Source of the DNA: a virus
Lineage: Duplodnaviria; Caudoviricetes
Length of the DNA stretch: 52,261 bases
Virus record (IMG/VR): IMGVR_UViG_3300005804_000108
Location: 1 to 52,261 of that record
Strand: one strand, 5' to 3'
The notes beneath the pieces were generated by a model. That model had not been told where the DNA came from. It was given only the letters and a program-made list of their open reading frames with translations, and made no database searches. Positions 51,188 through 52,261 of this stretch are shown here, piece by piece; the stretch's first letter is position 1, and each line of letters starts with the position of its first letter. The position numbers were made by a program, and so were the translations under genes.

Positions 51188-52249
51188 CTAACCTTTAAAG
51201 GTCCTGTTAACCAGCTTTTGATGCTGTCCAAAAGTTGTGTGGGTATAAATTTCCGTCGTACTCAATTTTTCGTGTCCGAGCATGTTCTGGATACTGCGCA
51301 GATCCGCGCCGTCTTCCAGCAAATGAGACGCAAACGAATGCCGGAGGACATGAGGCGTTATTTTTCGGATTATGCCAGCACGGCGCTTTGTTCCGTTAAA
51401 TGCCGTCTTGAATGACTGGATATTATCCCACAGATATTCTATTTTGGGTTGGCCCTCTTCCAAACGATGGAGGTTTATTTCATCGATTTCAGCTATCCGC
51501 TCTTTAAGCAGCTTAATGCAGCGCCCCTTGGAGCTCAGCGGAACGATCCGGCGCTTATCACGTTTTCCGTGTACGACAATAAAATTATATTTCAGGTCCA
51601 CATCCGTGATCATTGCATGGCGAGCTTCGTCCGATCGGAGGCCTGCCTCGTAAATCGTTGCAAACAGGCTTTTGTGAAAGATATCGCCTGCGTGATCAAT
51701 CATGCATTTTACTTCGTCACGCGTGGCAACCAGCGGCGTTTTTCGCTTGTATGGAAGCAATTCGATATTAAAGCTCAAAGGATTGCATAATGGCGGGTTT
51801 TGTCCAGCCCCCCATTTGATCATTGTTCCCATGCACTGCAACTCAAGATTAATGGCGCGGTCGATACGCTTTTCCTTCGGGATCGGCAGTTCTTTTTGTT
51901 TGGCTTTGATCACGGCCCTATTCAGGGCCTGGGCCATGCGGTGTTCCTTGTAGGAGGTAATCATTTCCGACGACAGATAGTCAGGAAGCAGGTGGCCGAA
52001 GAACGGCACGATATAATTATTCAACATGCGGGGCTTGTCGTTTTTCCCCTTCACGTTGACACGCATCCAGGGGATGTATTTTTCAGCGAGGAAACGGATC
52101 GTATACGGAACAACTTCTTTTGCCTCCAGGCCAAGCTGCTTTCGCACAGACGCCTCATAAGCGATAGCTTCAAGGTCATTGCCGAATTTTTTGCGGCGGC
52201 GGAATCTATCCTCTTCGTCCGGTCCGAAACGAATATCGATCTTATACAT
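51188..52249 (-). CDS. int: Integrase of a second related element (true start may lie beyond the window)
   Basis: Clear paralogue of 1..1059 (shared GKNDKPRML.NYIVPFFG, RAINLEL, HSFASHLLE); GLRSDE, HVLRH, GHEKLSTTEIY. Confidence 0.93.
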   Translation of the reverse strand: MYKIDIRFGPDEEDRFRRRKKFGNDLEAIAYEASVRKQLGLEAKEVVPYTIRFLAEKYIPWMRVNVKGKNDKPRMLNNYIVPFFGHLLPDYLSSEMITSYKEHRMAQALNRAVIKAKQKELPIPKEKRIDRAINLELQCMGTMIKWGAGQNPPLCNPLSFNIELLPYKRKTPLVATRDEVKCMIDHAGDIFHKSLFATIYEAGLRSDEARHAMITDVDLKYNFIVVHGKRDKRRIVPLSSKGRCIKLLKERIAEIDEINLHRLEEGQPKIEYLWDNIQSFKTAFNGTKRRAGIIRKITPHVLRHSFASHLLEDGADLRSIQNMLGHEKLSTTEIYTHTTFGQHQKLVNRTFKG

Positions 52250-52261
52250 ACCGGGTGCGGT

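Overview
The window is a tandem array of integrated elements at a tRNA-Thr(CGT) site. Two identical 46-bp 3'-tRNA fragments (40609-40654 and 51079-51124) separate three elements. (1) A ~40.6-kb, apparently complete temperate prophage (1-40654) has a lambda-like head (gpA-type terminase, portal, S49 protease/scaffold, E-type capsid), a non-contractile tail, a lysis cassette between head and neck genes, a split primase/D5-helicase replicon with its own DnaN clamp, and an integrase at the end of the Cro-side operon. (2) A 10,470-bp att-flanked phage satellite (40609-51124) carries a P4-type integrase, an AlpA/Xis-like protein, an O-like initiator with iterons, DnaB, a candidate mini-scaffold, a Sid/Psu-like coiled coil, a cos-like site with small terminase, its own short tape-measure/lytic-transglycosylase protein, a C4-like RNA and a Panacea toxin-antitoxin pair. 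(3) The integrase of a second, related element lies at 51188-52249. The most novel candidate is the satellite, which has no capsid genes yet appears to encode modules for redirecting packaging, head assembly and tail/DNA entry. All family assignments come from motif recognition by eye; no searches were run.
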